DNA of 64,000 nucleotides from Candidatus Omnitrophota bacterium (GCA_043808175.1 JAZDFE010000028.1:17079-81078); one strand, 5' to 3'. Positions 39,715 through 49,259 are shown, numbered from the stretch's first letter. Numbers and translations: made by a program. Notes: generated by a model not told the origin, from the letters alone.

Positions 39715-40808
39715 TCTTCGCGAAGCCCCAGCCCCATCGCCACGGGCAACAGAGACACATTGGCCTTGAGAAGTTCAGTATCAACGCCGGGGTCCCATTT
39801 GATCTTCGGAAGGATGTCCATACTGACCACGGGGAGTTGCAATCCTTCACTCAACGCCTTCAAAACCGCGGGATGAGACACCACACCGCTCAGAAAAAGC
39901 CTTGCGATAGGTTTTGCTTGCCCGGATTGATCATGGTAGTAGTCAAAAGAAGCGCGCAGGTCCCGGATCAACCCTTCAAGACTTTCCGTGATCGCTTGCA
40001 TTTCATCGGCCGTCGGAGCTTCATTGTTCTCAAAAATCTTTTCGATCTTTTCGTCCGCAAGATTGGAACGGGTCTTGAACCGTTTGAAAAGGTCGTAGGC
40101 CCCGTAAGAAATGTCGCGGACAAAGCGGGGTTTTCCGTCCCGGACGATCCCGAGGGTCGATATCTCGGTACCAAGGTCCAAAATGCCGCTATGCCTGGAG
40201 AAATCTTCGGGATGAAAATATTCCAAAGCGGCCATCGCCGAAAGAATGTCGACGTCCACCACCGACAAGCGGCATTCCAGATTGCGGAAGATCTCAAGCG
40301 TCGGCTCAAGTTCCTGGCGTTTGATCACGACCAGCATCACTTCCATCTTGACGCCGTCATCGGTCGCGAGGGCTTCCTCCACCACTGCGCAATCGAGCAC
40401 CACATCGTTCAGCTCGAACGGGATATACTGCTCGGCTTCATATTTCATGGCGCTGCGGAGATCATCCACCTTCATTTTTGGAAAAGGGATGAAACGGATC
40501 ACGACCCCGTGCCCCTTGAGGGCCACGCGAACCCCGTCCTTCCGGAACTTCTTTCCGTCCAGGAACGGTTTCAGGATCAAGGACGGTTTCTGGTCCTGAG
40601 AAGCGTTCTTGATGATATCGAGATGGTGGACAAAAAGATGCCCCGGGCGCTTTTCAACTTCAAGCAGCACCGTCCGCATGCGGCCAAGATCACACACTGT
40701 GACCTTGGAAGCAGTCCTTTTTTTCGACAGGATCGTGGAGGCAATGCCTTCCAAAAAACTGGAGAACTGTTGTTTCAGCAAAATCAGCTTGTCGAGACCA
40801 TTATTCAT
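39711..40808 (-). CDS. pilM: Pilus assembly protein PilM (actin-like ATPase fold)
   Basis: It has FtsA/actin-like segments (ILDLGTEISTLGIV) and precedes pilN. I trimmed the start to ATG 40808, because the ORF-track GTG start (40859) lies inside the pilin terminator hairpin. No clear SD is present. Confidence 0.7.
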   Translation of the reverse strand: MNNGLDKLILLKQQFSSFLEGIASTILSKKRTASKVTVCDLGRMRTVLLEVEKRPGHLFVHHLDIIKNASQDQKPSLILKPFLDGKKFRKDGVRVALKGHGVVIRFIPFPKMKVDDLRSAMKYEAEQYIPFELNDVVLDCAVVEEALATDDGVKMEVMLVVIKRQELEPTLEIFRNLECRLSVVDVDILSAMAALEYFHPEDFSRHSGILDLGTEISTLGIVRDGKPRFVRDISYGAYDLFKRFKTRSNLADEKIEKIFENNEAPTADEMQAITESLEGLIRDLRASFDYYHDQSGQAKPIARLFLSGVVSHPAVLKALSEGLQLPVVSMDILPKIKWDPGVDTELLKANVSLLPVAMGLGLREE

Positions 40809-40846
40809 GTGAGAGAGATTAGCAGAAAACCTCCAAGAAAACAGCC

Positions 40847-40883
40847 AAAAAAAACCCACCCTGCTTTAAAAAAGCAGGGTGGG
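40847..40883 (-). terminator. Rho-independent terminator after the pilin gene
   Basis: On the minus strand, CCCACCCTGC-TTTTTTAAA-GCAGGGTGGG forms a perfect 10-bp GC-rich stem. Eight T residues follow. Confidence 0.8.
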
Positions 40884-40914
40884 CCCAAAAACACTTCTTT
40901 CTTTTCCTTATTGC

Positions 40915-41394
40915 TTAGCCACCAATGGCCGTACCACCCGCACAACCCCCAACCGCAGCGGTCGGCGCTACGCCTACCGTCGGACCATAAACAACACCCG
41001 CTTGGTCGATGCAGTAGGTGTTCTCTGCAGCAGCCGTCGGTGTCGCCAGCATGGAATATGTGCTGCTAGGAGCGACGTCCGTAAGGTACGTCAGAGTGAA
41101 CCCGTGCTTAACCCCGCCTTCAACCCACGAGGCATCAAGATACGCAGGGCCCGTCGCCGGCGGCGTCACCAGTGTGAGAATATCAGCCGCATAAGTCGGA
41201 GGATTCTGCGCTGCGCGATAGCTTTCATTAGCTCCGCTGAATGTCCTCAGATCCGACTTAATGGCGCCTTCATTGGCATTGATACGCGCCCGTAGAAGAT
41301 TGGGGATGGCAATAGCGGCCAAGAGCCCGATGATCGCGACTACGATCATGATCTCCACGAGCGTAAAGCCTTTCCTATTTAATTTGATAAACAT
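40915..41394 (-). CDS. pilA: Type IV major pilin (prepilin with class III signal)
   Basis: MFIKLNRKGFTLVEIMIVVAIIGLLAAIAIPNLL gives a G/F cleavage site with Glu at +5. A C-terminal Cys pair is present. The RBS GGGAGG lies upstream of ATG 41394. Confidence 0.85.
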   Translation of the reverse strand: MFIKLNRKGFTLVEIMIVVAIIGLLAAIAIPNLLRARINANEGAIKSDLRTFSGANESYRAAQNPPTYAADILTLVTPPATGPAYLDASWVEGGVKHGFTLTYLTDVAPSSTYSMLATPTAAAENTYCIDQAGVVYGPTVGVAPTAAVGGCAGGTAIGG

Positions 41395-41434
41395 GTTATT
41401 CCTCCCGTTTCTATGTTTGCCACTGCCTACTACT

Positions 41435-41463
41435 AGTCTAAACTGTTGTACATCATACGACAA
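41435..41463 (-). promoter_or_regulatory. Candidate sigma-70 promoter for the pilin gene
   Basis: The minus strand reads TTGTCG-N17-TAGACT about 40 nt upstream of the pilin ATG. This rests on hexamer and spacing match only. Confidence 0.3.
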
Positions 41464-41586
41464 GAGCTAAGATAACTAAACTAGTTTTTTGGGTATCCGA
41501 GTTATAACCCATAACTTTAAAAAGCATCGTAGAGGAGCTCCGAGGGCAGATTCCCACAGGGTTTTCCGGCAAAGAAGGGTATTTCG

Positions 41587-42825
41587 TTATTTGATCGCCT
41601 GAGTAAGCGTAAGAATGGGGAGAAAGAGAGCGATCACAATGCCGCCGATCACGATGCCCAGAAAAGCGATGATGAGCGGTTCAATGAGGGACGTAAGGCC
41701 TGAAACAGCGGTGTCCACCTGGACGTCATAAAAGTCCGCGATCTTTGTGAGCATCTCTTCCAATTCCCCGGTCTCCTCCCCGATCGCGATCATACGAACC
41801 ACCATAGAAGGAAATACTCCGCTTTTATCGAGAGGCCAGGCAATGCTTTCCCCGCGCGTCACGGATCCCATAAGATCGGTGATGACTTTCTCGATGCGGG
41901 CATTGCCCGAAGTCTTCGAAACGATCTCTAAGGCCGCTAAAATCGCCACACCGCTGCTCACAAGGGTCGCAAGCGTGCGCGCGAATTTGCTCACCGCGAC
42001 TTTCAAAATGATCGGACCAAAGATGGGCATTCGAAGCGTGAAGGAATCCCAGGGCAGCCGGCCCAACGGAGAGCTAACGAATTTCTTGAAAAGAAAAATA
42101 CTCCCGCCCAGGATGACAAAGATCCACCACCAGTTTGCCGCGAGATAATTGCTGATGGCGATCAGGATCTGAGTCGGTGCGGGAAGCTTCGCCCCCAAGC
42201 CTTCGAAGATCGTCGCGAATTGAGGGATCACGAAAGCAAGCATAAAAAACGTGATCGCAAAGGCCATGGCCGAAACGGCCATTGGATACATGAGCGCCGC
42301 TTTGACCTTTTTTTGAAGCGCGTTGGACTTTTCGAAATAATGGGCCACACGATCCAGGATATCCTGTAGCTTCCCGCTCATCTCGCCCGCGCGGACCATG
42401 TGAATGAAAAGCATCGAAAAGACCTTGTGGTGTACTTGCATAGCCTCGGAAAAACTTTTTCCGGTTTGCACATCGCTATGCATCTGCAGGATGATCCGCC
42501 GGAATTTTTCTTTATCCATCTGATCGGCCAAAATGTCAAGGGCCTGAATCAAGGGGATCCCGGCAGCGACAAGCGTGGCCATTTGCCTTGAAAAGATCAC
42601 GAGGTCGTCCAGCTTGACCTTCCCGGACTTTCCCTGCCGGGCCTTGGGGGCCGGCCCCTTCTGAACACTCAGAATGGCGGATCCCTTTTTGGCCTGTTCC
42701 ACACGCACCACAAGATAACCCTGCGTCTTCAGCTGGTGGACAAGCTCTTGCACGTCCTTGGCGTCCTGAGAGCCCTTCAGATCTTTTCCCGTCTTGTCCT
42801 TGACCCAATATTCGAACAATGGCAT
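41587..42825 (-). CDS. pilC: Type IV pilus platform protein PilC (GspF family)
   Basis: 412 aa with duplicated T2SS-F repeats and three TM segments. It lies adjacent to pilB. Confidence 0.85.
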   Translation of the reverse strand: MPLFEYWVKDKTGKDLKGSQDAKDVQELVHQLKTQGYLVVRVEQAKKGSAILSVQKGPAPKARQGKSGKVKLDDLVIFSRQMATLVAAGIPLIQALDILADQMDKEKFRRIILQMHSDVQTGKSFSEAMQVHHKVFSMLFIHMVRAGEMSGKLQDILDRVAHYFEKSNALQKKVKAALMYPMAVSAMAFAITFFMLAFVIPQFATIFEGLGAKLPAPTQILIAISNYLAANWWWIFVILGGSIFLFKKFVSSPLGRLPWDSFTLRMPIFGPIILKVAVSKFARTLATLVSSGVAILAALEIVSKTSGNARIEKVITDLMGSVTRGESIAWPLDKSGVFPSMVVRMIAIGEETGELEEMLTKIADFYDVQVDTAVSGLTSLIEPLIIAFLGIVIGGIVIALFLPILTLTQAIK

Positions 42826-42828
42826 GGT

Positions 42829-44523
42829 TTATTCCTCACTTGAAACGCGAAGCACTTCCTCAAGCGTGGTCACGCCGGCCTTGAAGAGTCCCAGAGCGTT
42901 CTCGAAAAGCGTTTCCATACCTTTCTCAACGGCAAGCTGATGAATAACATTACTCGATTTTTTCTGGATCACAAGCTCCCGGATATCCGGGTCCACAAGC
43001 AGCACTTCACTGGCGCCGGTCCTGCCGAAATATCCCGTCATGTTGCACTTGGGACAACCCTTTCCCGTGAACGGAGCGATCCTGTCCAATTCCGACTTGG
43101 AAAGCTTGCAACGGAGCAAAACCTCCGCGGGTATGACGGCCGGTGCCCTGCAATGCGGGCAGATCTTCCGAAGCAGTCGCTGGGCGCCAACGCATACGAC
43201 CGACGAAGCGATCAGAAAAGGCTCCACTCCCATATCCATCAGGCGTGTCATCGCGCCGGCCGCGCTGTTCGTATGGAGCGTGCTGAACACCAGATGGCCC
43301 GTCAAAGCGGCCTTTACGGCGATATCCGCCGTTTCCGAATCACGGATCTCCCCCACTAAAACTATATCCGGACTTTGGCGAAGCAACGCACGAAGACCGC
43401 TCGCAAAGGTCAGCCCGATCTCCGGCTGCACCTGCGTCTGAGTGATCCCTTCAACCTGATATTCGACAGGATCCTCCACGGTCATCAGATTTTTTTGTAT
43501 CGTGTTAAGGGAGTTCATGATCGAATAAAGAGTCGTGGATTTTCCGCTGCCCGTCGGCCCGGTCACCAGGATCAGTCCGTAAGGCTTCTTGATCGCTTCA
43601 GCGAGAGCGCGGGTCGGTTTCTCCGTAAAACCCAGCTTGTCGAGTCCGGCTTTGATACCGCTCCGGTCCAGAACGCGCAGGACTATCTTCTCGCCGAAAT
43701 AGGTCGGCAGCACCGAAACACGGAAATCGATCTGACGGTCCTTGAGTAATAGTCGGAACCGTCCATCCTGAGGCAAACGTCTTTCAGTGATGTCGATCAC
43801 AGAAATGATCTTGATGCGCGCCACGAGGGCCGGATAAAGCTCCAACGAGTGAGAGAACGATTCTTTTAAAGCTCCGTCGACACGGTACCGGATACGGAAT
43901 TCTTTTTCATAAGGCTCGAAATGGATGTCGGAAGCGCGCGATTTGAGCGCTTTTTCGAGGACGGAATTGACCATCTTGACAACCGGCGCGTTGTCCGTTC
44001 CGGTCTGCACGACGGACGGCGAGGCCTTTTCACTCCATCCCTCTATCTCCAGGTTGGAGGCGTCTTTTCCGGCAAGAAACTCGGCAAAGTTTTTGGTTTC
44101 CGCGTAATGGTCGCTGATGGCAGCGATGATCCGGGCGGGGGCCACCAACACCAGGTTGACACTGCATCCTGTCATGTGTTTAATCTCATCGAGGACCCCC
44201 AATTTGAACGGATCGCTCGTCGCCACCGTCATAAGCTTTCCGATGCGCCCCACCGGGAAAACGTGATGCTGCTCGATGAATTTCCTGGGAAACATCTTCA
44301 GCACTTCATCCTCAAACTGCATCCCCTGAAGGTTGAGGATGGGAATTCCAAGCTGGTCGCTCAAAAAATCCATGACATCTTCTTCCGGCAGGAGCTTTTC
44401 TTCAAGTATGATCTTGGGAATGCTTTCGTTGAGTCTCTGCGCGGCCATTTCCACACGGTCGCACGCTCCGGGGGCAAGCCCCATTTTTTTCATCCACTCC
44501 CGGGCGATCTTCGGATCAATCAT
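42829..44523 (-). CDS. pilB: Type IV pilus assembly ATPase PilB (GspE family)
   Basis: Walker A GPTGSGKSTT, GEIRD, a His box (TGHLVFSTLHTN) and the tetracysteine CPHC...CPKC. Confidence 0.85.
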   Translation of the reverse strand: MIDPKIAREWMKKMGLAPGACDRVEMAAQRLNESIPKIILEEKLLPEEDVMDFLSDQLGIPILNLQGMQFEDEVLKMFPRKFIEQHHVFPVGRIGKLMTVATSDPFKLGVLDEIKHMTGCSVNLVLVAPARIIAAISDHYAETKNFAEFLAGKDASNLEIEGWSEKASPSVVQTGTDNAPVVKMVNSVLEKALKSRASDIHFEPYEKEFRIRYRVDGALKESFSHSLELYPALVARIKIISVIDITERRLPQDGRFRLLLKDRQIDFRVSVLPTYFGEKIVLRVLDRSGIKAGLDKLGFTEKPTRALAEAIKKPYGLILVTGPTGSGKSTTLYSIMNSLNTIQKNLMTVEDPVEYQVEGITQTQVQPEIGLTFASGLRALLRQSPDIVLVGEIRDSETADIAVKAALTGHLVFSTLHTNSAAGAMTRLMDMGVEPFLIASSVVCVGAQRLLRKICPHCRAPAVIPAEVLLRCKLSKSELDRIAPFTGKGCPKCNMTGYFGRTGASEVLLVDPDIRELVIQKKSSNVIHQLAVEKGMETLFENALGLFKAGVTTLEEVLRVSSEE

Positions 44524-46289
44524 TGACCTCTCCCAAGGGACTTCGGCCCGACATCCGCGATCGTTACGCGGAAAACCTCGTCGAGCGATGTCTCGCCCGC
44601 GAGGGCCTTTTGGATTGCGGCTTCGCGAAGTGTGTTCATCCCGTGCTTCCGGGCCCTCTCCTTGATCAGATCCGCGGAAGTACCCTGCATGATCATCTCT
44701 AAAATATCCGGTTTCATTTCAAGAATTTCGGTGATCACGCTCCGGCCCTGGTACCCCATCTGGCGGCATTGTGAACATCCCTTGGCTCTCCAGAATTGCA
44801 GTTTTTTTTGCGGATTCAGACCCAGGATACTATACATATTGGGCTCGAGATCATATTGAACGCGACAGCGTGAACAAAGCCTGCGCACCAAACGCTGGGC
44901 CGAGATCATCAGAACGGTCGACGCGATCAAAAACGGCTCGAGCCCCAGATTCGCCATGCGGGTCACCGAACTCACCGCGTCATTGGTGTGAAGCGTACTC
45001 AGGACGAGGTGCCCCGTCAGTGCGGCCTTGATGGCGATATCGAGCGTTTCCGTGTCGCGGATCTCCCCGATCAAGATGATGTCCGGATCTTGACGCAGGA
45101 TCGAACGAAGAGCGCTCGGAAATGTCAACCCGATGGATTCGCGAACATTGACCTGATTGATACCAACCATCTGGTATTCTACAGGATCCTCGACCGTCGT
45201 GATATTGACCTGCGGGGAATCCAAATATTTGAGGATTGAATAAAGCGTGGTCGTTTTTCCGCTCCCGGTCGGCCCTGTCACAAGGATCATCCCGTGAGGT
45301 TTCTTGGCACAAGCCCGGATTACCTCCTGCTCCGGCGCCGTAAATCCGAGTTTTTGAATATCATGGGACTGTGCCCCGGTATCGAGAATGCGCAGGCAGA
45401 CCTTCTCGCCGAAGCTGGACGGCAGGATGGAAACGCGCATATCCACTTCCCGTCCCTGGGTCTTGATCTTGAAACGGCCGTCTTGGGGAACGCGGTGTTC
45501 CGAGATATTAAGCTGACTCATGATCTTAATACGCGAAACGATAGCGGCTCCAAAACTTTTTTGAGGCTTGACGAGCTCCTCAAGGATGCCGTCGAGACGC
45601 ATGCGGATCCGGACATAACCCTCCCAAGGTTCAATGAAAATATCACTCGCTCGGCGGCGCACCCCTTCCACGAGCACCATGTTGACAAGTTTTACGACCG
45701 GCGCCTGATTGGCCTGCTCCATGAGGTCCGCGGCCTGCTGCGGCCTAATAAGGGTCGCCTCGCTGTCGACCAGATTGGCAAGACTCACGAGGTCTTCGGA
45801 GCCCTCATCAGAAGCGGGCTCTTGCGGGGTCCCAGTCTCTCCCCGATAGGATTTCTGTATGCACTCCTTGATCTGGGAATATTCCGCCACCATAACATTG
45901 AGACGCTTTCCGGTGAGGGATTTAAGTTCGTCGAGGACCTTGATATTGATGGGATTTGCGGTAGCGACCGTTAAAGTATTTTCAAGCAGGGATAACGGGA
46001 GACACCCATAGGCCTCGGCGATTTTCTGGGGAACAAGCTTCAGGACATCTTTTTCAATGACGATTGTTTTGGGACTGGCAAGGCGCTGGCCGAATTCCTC
46101 GCAAAGAACCGTCACGAGTTTTTTCTCATCGCACTTTCCGGTCTGAAGAAGAATGTCCAATAAATGAAGTTTCTTCGGGCCTCGGGCCTGTTCCTGGACC
46201 GCCTGCTGGAGTTCCGCGGAACTTACGACCCCGGCCCGGAGAAGGGCTTCTTTCAGGTCCGGTGATGAACTTGACTTTGGTTCTGTCAT
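44520..46289 (-). CDS. Second GspE/PilB-family ATPase (tandem paralog)
   Basis: Walker A GPTGSGKTTT, GEIRD, TGHLVLSTLHTN and the tetracysteine CSRC...CSQC. It has its own N-terminal T2SSE_N-like region. It overlaps both neighbours by 4 nt. Confidence 0.8.
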   Translation of the reverse strand: MTEPKSSSSPDLKEALLRAGVVSSAELQQAVQEQARGPKKLHLLDILLQTGKCDEKKLVTVLCEEFGQRLASPKTIVIEKDVLKLVPQKIAEAYGCLPLSLLENTLTVATANPINIKVLDELKSLTGKRLNVMVAEYSQIKECIQKSYRGETGTPQEPASDEGSEDLVSLANLVDSEATLIRPQQAADLMEQANQAPVVKLVNMVLVEGVRRRASDIFIEPWEGYVRIRMRLDGILEELVKPQKSFGAAIVSRIKIMSQLNISEHRVPQDGRFKIKTQGREVDMRVSILPSSFGEKVCLRILDTGAQSHDIQKLGFTAPEQEVIRACAKKPHGMILVTGPTGSGKTTTLYSILKYLDSPQVNITTVEDPVEYQMVGINQVNVRESIGLTFPSALRSILRQDPDIILIGEIRDTETLDIAIKAALTGHLVLSTLHTNDAVSSVTRMANLGLEPFLIASTVLMISAQRLVRRLCSRCRVQYDLEPNMYSILGLNPQKKLQFWRAKGCSQCRQMGYQGRSVITEILEMKPDILEMIMQGTSADLIKERARKHGMNTLREAAIQKALAGETSLDEVFRVTIADVGPKSLGRGQ

Positions 46290-46744
46290 GATGGCCTGTC
46301 CGTCGCGCCCTCGTGATAAATAAAGAAGATGGCGTTCAATACCTCGGAGATCCGGGCAAGGAACACCTGGGGCATGCGCCCAGTCATCGTTCGGATCTTC
46401 TCAACGGCCACGTCGTTCATGGGATCTGTCACCGCGACATAGACTTTTTTGTGGTCGCAATCGAACGCTACGACCATGTTTTCATGGCAAAAATCCGCCG
46501 TCAGCATATTGGCCATGTCGGGATTGATCGCGTAATTCTTAAGCGGGATATAAGGAACTTTGAACTGCCTGCCCAAAGCGCCGATCAGCGACTCTTCGTT
46601 CACAAGTTTTTTTTCAATGAGGATCTGTCCGATCATGCCGCCTTTTTCCTTCTGAAAAGCAAGGGCTTCCTCGAGCTGAGCCTTGGACAAAAGCCCATCC
46701 TCGATCAAGATCTCTCCGATCTTTCTCTTTTTCTTGGGTTCCAT
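46286..46744 (-). CDS. Standalone T2SSE_N / MshEN-type domain protein
   Basis: 152 aa. KIGEILIEDGLLSKAQLEEALAFQ and MIGQILIEKKLVNEESLIGALGRQ fit the tandem MshEN pattern RLGxx(L/I/V)(L/I/V)xxG(L/I/V)(L/I/V)xxxxLxxxLxxQ. There is no ATPase domain. Confidence 0.65.
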   Translation of the reverse strand: MEPKKKRKIGEILIEDGLLSKAQLEEALAFQKEKGGMIGQILIEKKLVNEESLIGALGRQFKVPYIPLKNYAINPDMANMLTADFCHENMVVAFDCDHKKVYVAVTDPMNDVAVEKIRTMTGRMPQVFLARISEVLNAIFFIYHEGATDRPS

Positions 46745-46820
46745 TTTACCTCTCGATCAATTCACTTATCTTTAAGTAACGGCATAAGTTGTAAAGAATT
46801 TTATATCTTTCGCCCGTGCT

Positions 46821-47504
46821 TCAGAAAAACCGCTGAAGAGGACATGTCTCACAACGGGGAACTTTCCGGCAATGATCCTTCCCCGTTCGAACGATCTGAG
46901 CGTGGAAATCGTTATAAAGGTCCCGGTTTTCCGGCAATGCCCGCATGAAGATCTCCCGCCATCGTTCATAAGTTTCATGGTCTTTGGCCAACCCATGCCT
47001 CGAAAAGATCCTTTTAGTGTAAGCGTCGATCACAAAGGACCTCTTACCCAGCGCGTAGAGGAGGATAGAATCTGCGGTCTCAGGCCCCACCCCTTTGACA
47101 GCGAGAAGTTTTTCACGGAGCACGGGCATCGTTTTCTGTTTCAGTTTTAAAAGATCGCCTCGGCATTCCCGGTCCAGAAAATCCATGAAGGCCTTAAGCC
47201 GGTCCGCCTTGACATTGAAATATCCGGACGGCCGGATCCACTGCGCGAGCTTCTTTGACGGAACCCGGCGCAAGGCCTCGAACGAAAGCTTTCTGGCCTT
47301 CTTGAGATTCAGAATGGCTTTTTCGACATTCGTCCAGGCGGTATTCTGCGTGAGGATCGCCCCGATGATGACCTCAAAAGGGGTATCCCCCGGCCACCAC
47401 TTCTGATGTCCAAAAGCCTTCCGCAATGCCGTGTAAACCCGGCATAGCTGTGAAGTTTTAAGTTTACGTTTTTTTTGACAGCGGATAGGTTTCAAGGATC
47501 TCAT
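46821..47504 (-). CDS. Endonuclease III-related HhH-GPD protein
   Basis: FEVIIGAILTQNTAWTNV, an HhH segment (LLAVKGVGPETADSILLY) and C-terminal Cys residues. The start is uncertain (ATG 47504 or 47546). Confidence 0.65.
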   Translation of the reverse strand: MRSLKPIRCQKKRKLKTSQLCRVYTALRKAFGHQKWWPGDTPFEVIIGAILTQNTAWTNVEKAILNLKKARKLSFEALRRVPSKKLAQWIRPSGYFNVKADRLKAFMDFLDRECRGDLLKLKQKTMPVLREKLLAVKGVGPETADSILLYALGKRSFVIDAYTKRIFSRHGLAKDHETYERWREIFMRALPENRDLYNDFHAQIVRTGKDHCRKVPRCETCPLQRFF

Positions 47505-48057
47505 AACGAACGCCTTCCGGAAGACAGTGACTTTGATAGAGAACAAAATGATCTGCGGTTTTTGCCGGGATCGGTAATTCGAACGGGACCTTCGTCACGA
47601 GCGGCTTAAGATCTTTGCTTTTCCGCTTCACACGACCGATCGTCGCATGGGGTTGGAATGGCCTTGCCTCGATCTCAAAACCAAGCGTCCGGACCTCCCC
47701 TTGAATAGCCTTCTGCAAGGAGAGAAGTTGGCCGGCATGCTCTTCGACCTCAAGCCAAATAATATTCGGCCTTTCAAGACTTGGGAATCCCCCGACCCGG
47801 CCCAGGCTCAGATGAAGTGGCGAAAAAAGAAATGCCACTTTTTTTGAAAAAAGACGGATTAGTTCGATCTCTTTTGTGGAAACGGAGCCGAAGAAATGAA
47901 GTGTCAGATGAACCTTAAGGGGCTCGACCCACCGGACACCGGAGATCTCGCGGCGAAGCGGGCCCAGGAGGTTCTCTATTTCCTGACGGAAGATCCCATA
48001 AAGAGGGATCGCGAGGAATACCCGCGCCACGGCCTGTTTTAGCAGATCTTCCGCCAT
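47464..48057 (-). CDS. thpR: RNA 2',3'-cyclic phosphodiesterase (2H family, ThpR/LigT)
   Basis: Two HxT/S motifs are present: HLTLHFFG and HATIGR. Confidence 0.75.
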   Translation of the reverse strand: MAEDLLKQAVARVFLAIPLYGIFRQEIENLLGPLRREISGVRWVEPLKVHLTLHFFGSVSTKEIELIRLFSKKVAFLFSPLHLSLGRVGGFPSLERPNIIWLEVEEHAGQLLSLQKAIQGEVRTLGFEIEARPFQPHATIGRVKRKSKDLKPLVTKVPFELPIPAKTADHFVLYQSHCLPEGVRYEILETYPLSKKT

Positions 48058-49259
48058 AGGTATTCAAGCGCTTTCGTCGCGGCCTTGTCCTGGATCTGAT
48101 GACGCTCCCCCCAGAAAACATGCTTCCAGGTCCGGACCGTTCCGTCGGGTGATGCAAGACCGATATAAACAAGACCGACGGGTTTTATGGAACTTCCGCC
48201 GCCGGGCCCAGCAATTCCCGTAATGCCGATCCCGAAACTTGATCCCATACGGATGCGGACCGATCTCGCGAGCTGAGAAGCGACCTGAGTTGAAACCTCT
48301 CCGTACTCCTTGATGAGCTTTCCCGAAACGCCAAGATCCGTTTTTACATTCGCATGGTACACGACCACTCCCCCGCGGAAATAAGCACTGGCTCCGGGAC
48401 AGGCCGTAAGGCGTGAAGCCAAAAGCCCGCCCGTGCAGCTTTCCGCAACGGCAAGTGTTTGCTTTTTTCTTGTCAGGATCTTTGCGATTACGACGGAAAG
48501 GGGCGTTTCATCCCAGCCGTAAATCCAGTCCTTGAGGCGGGTCGCGATCTTCTTTTTGAGCCGCCCGAGGACAGCGGTTTTCTCCGCAAGAACGCGGATC
48601 GTGATCTCACCGGCCAAAGGATAGATCCCGAAATCGAACGGATCGTCAAAAAAATCTTTTCCGAGCCTTTTCATCACATCCGGCTCCGAAATACCGGCCA
48701 TTTTCACGATCAACTTCCGGCCTTTAAAAAGGTCCCCGTATTTCTTTTTCAGGAACGGTAGGACCACGTCAAAATACATGTTCTGAAGCTCCGACGGAAC
48801 GCCGGGGAGCGCGATCACGATCTTGGATCCGGTCTCGATCGAGAATCCGAGCGCGATCCCAAAACGGTTGACAAGGGGTTTTGCGTTCTCGGGATAAAAG
48901 GCTTCGCGCTTTACAAGAGGAGGGACGCGTTTGCCGTAACGCTGATAGACTTTTTGGAGGCGGCTGTACTGCCGGGCTGAAAAAACAAGCGGGACCTTGA
49001 AATGCGCGGCGATACCTTCACGGGTCACATCATCGGGCGTCGGCCCGAGCCCTCCCATCATGACGACCAGATCCACGCGACGGAGCACCTCGCCCAACCG
49101 GAAGCGGATCGCTTCCATTGAATCCGGGCAGACGCCGTGAGAGATGACCTCGAATCCCAGGCCGGAGAGCTCACGGCCGAGGAACGCGGCATTCGTGTTG
49201 ACCACGCTCCCGCGCAAAACTTCATTGCCGACAGAGAGGATAGCAGCCGTGGGCTTCAT
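48039..49259 (-). CDS. cinA: CinA (MoCF-binding domain plus NMN amidohydrolase PncC domain)
   Basis: The N-terminus is AAILSVGNEVLRGSVVNTNA, and the C-terminal PncC-like domain has AESCTGGLL. I trimmed the start to ATG 49259, which overlaps the upstream stop (ATGA). Confidence 0.8.
   Translation of the reverse strand: MKPTAAILSVGNEVLRGSVVNTNAAFLGRELSGLGFEVISHGVCPDSMEAIRFRLGEVLRRVDLVVMMGGLGPTPDDVTREGIAAHFKVPLVFSARQYSRLQKVYQRYGKRVPPLVKREAFYPENAKPLVNRFGIALGFSIETGSKIVIALPGVPSELQNMYFDVVLPFLKKKYGDLFKGRKLIVKMAGISEPDVMKRLGKDFFDDPFDFGIYPLAGEITIRVLAEKTAVLGRLKKKIATRLKDWIYGWDETPLSVVIAKILTRKKQTLAVAESCTGGLLASRLTACPGASAYFRGGVVVYHANVKTDLGVSGKLIKEYGEVSTQVASQLARSVRIRMGSSFGIGITGIAGPGGGSSIKPVGLVYIGLASPDGTVRTWKHVFWGERHQIQDKAATKALEYLWRKIC

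Noticed and set aside
39837-41069. 410-aa plus-strand ORF across pilM, the pilin terminator and the pilin 3' end.
   Set aside because: It is antisense to PilM and pilin, which both have strong motif support. It also crosses a terminator hairpin, and I recognised no motifs in it.
41395-41440. Possible sigma-54 promoter upstream of the pilin gene (TGGCA seen in GGCAGTGGCAAACATAG).
   Set aside because: No TTGC element lies at the required spacing after TGGCA. A sigma-70-like TTGTCG-N17-TAGACT fits better, though still weakly.
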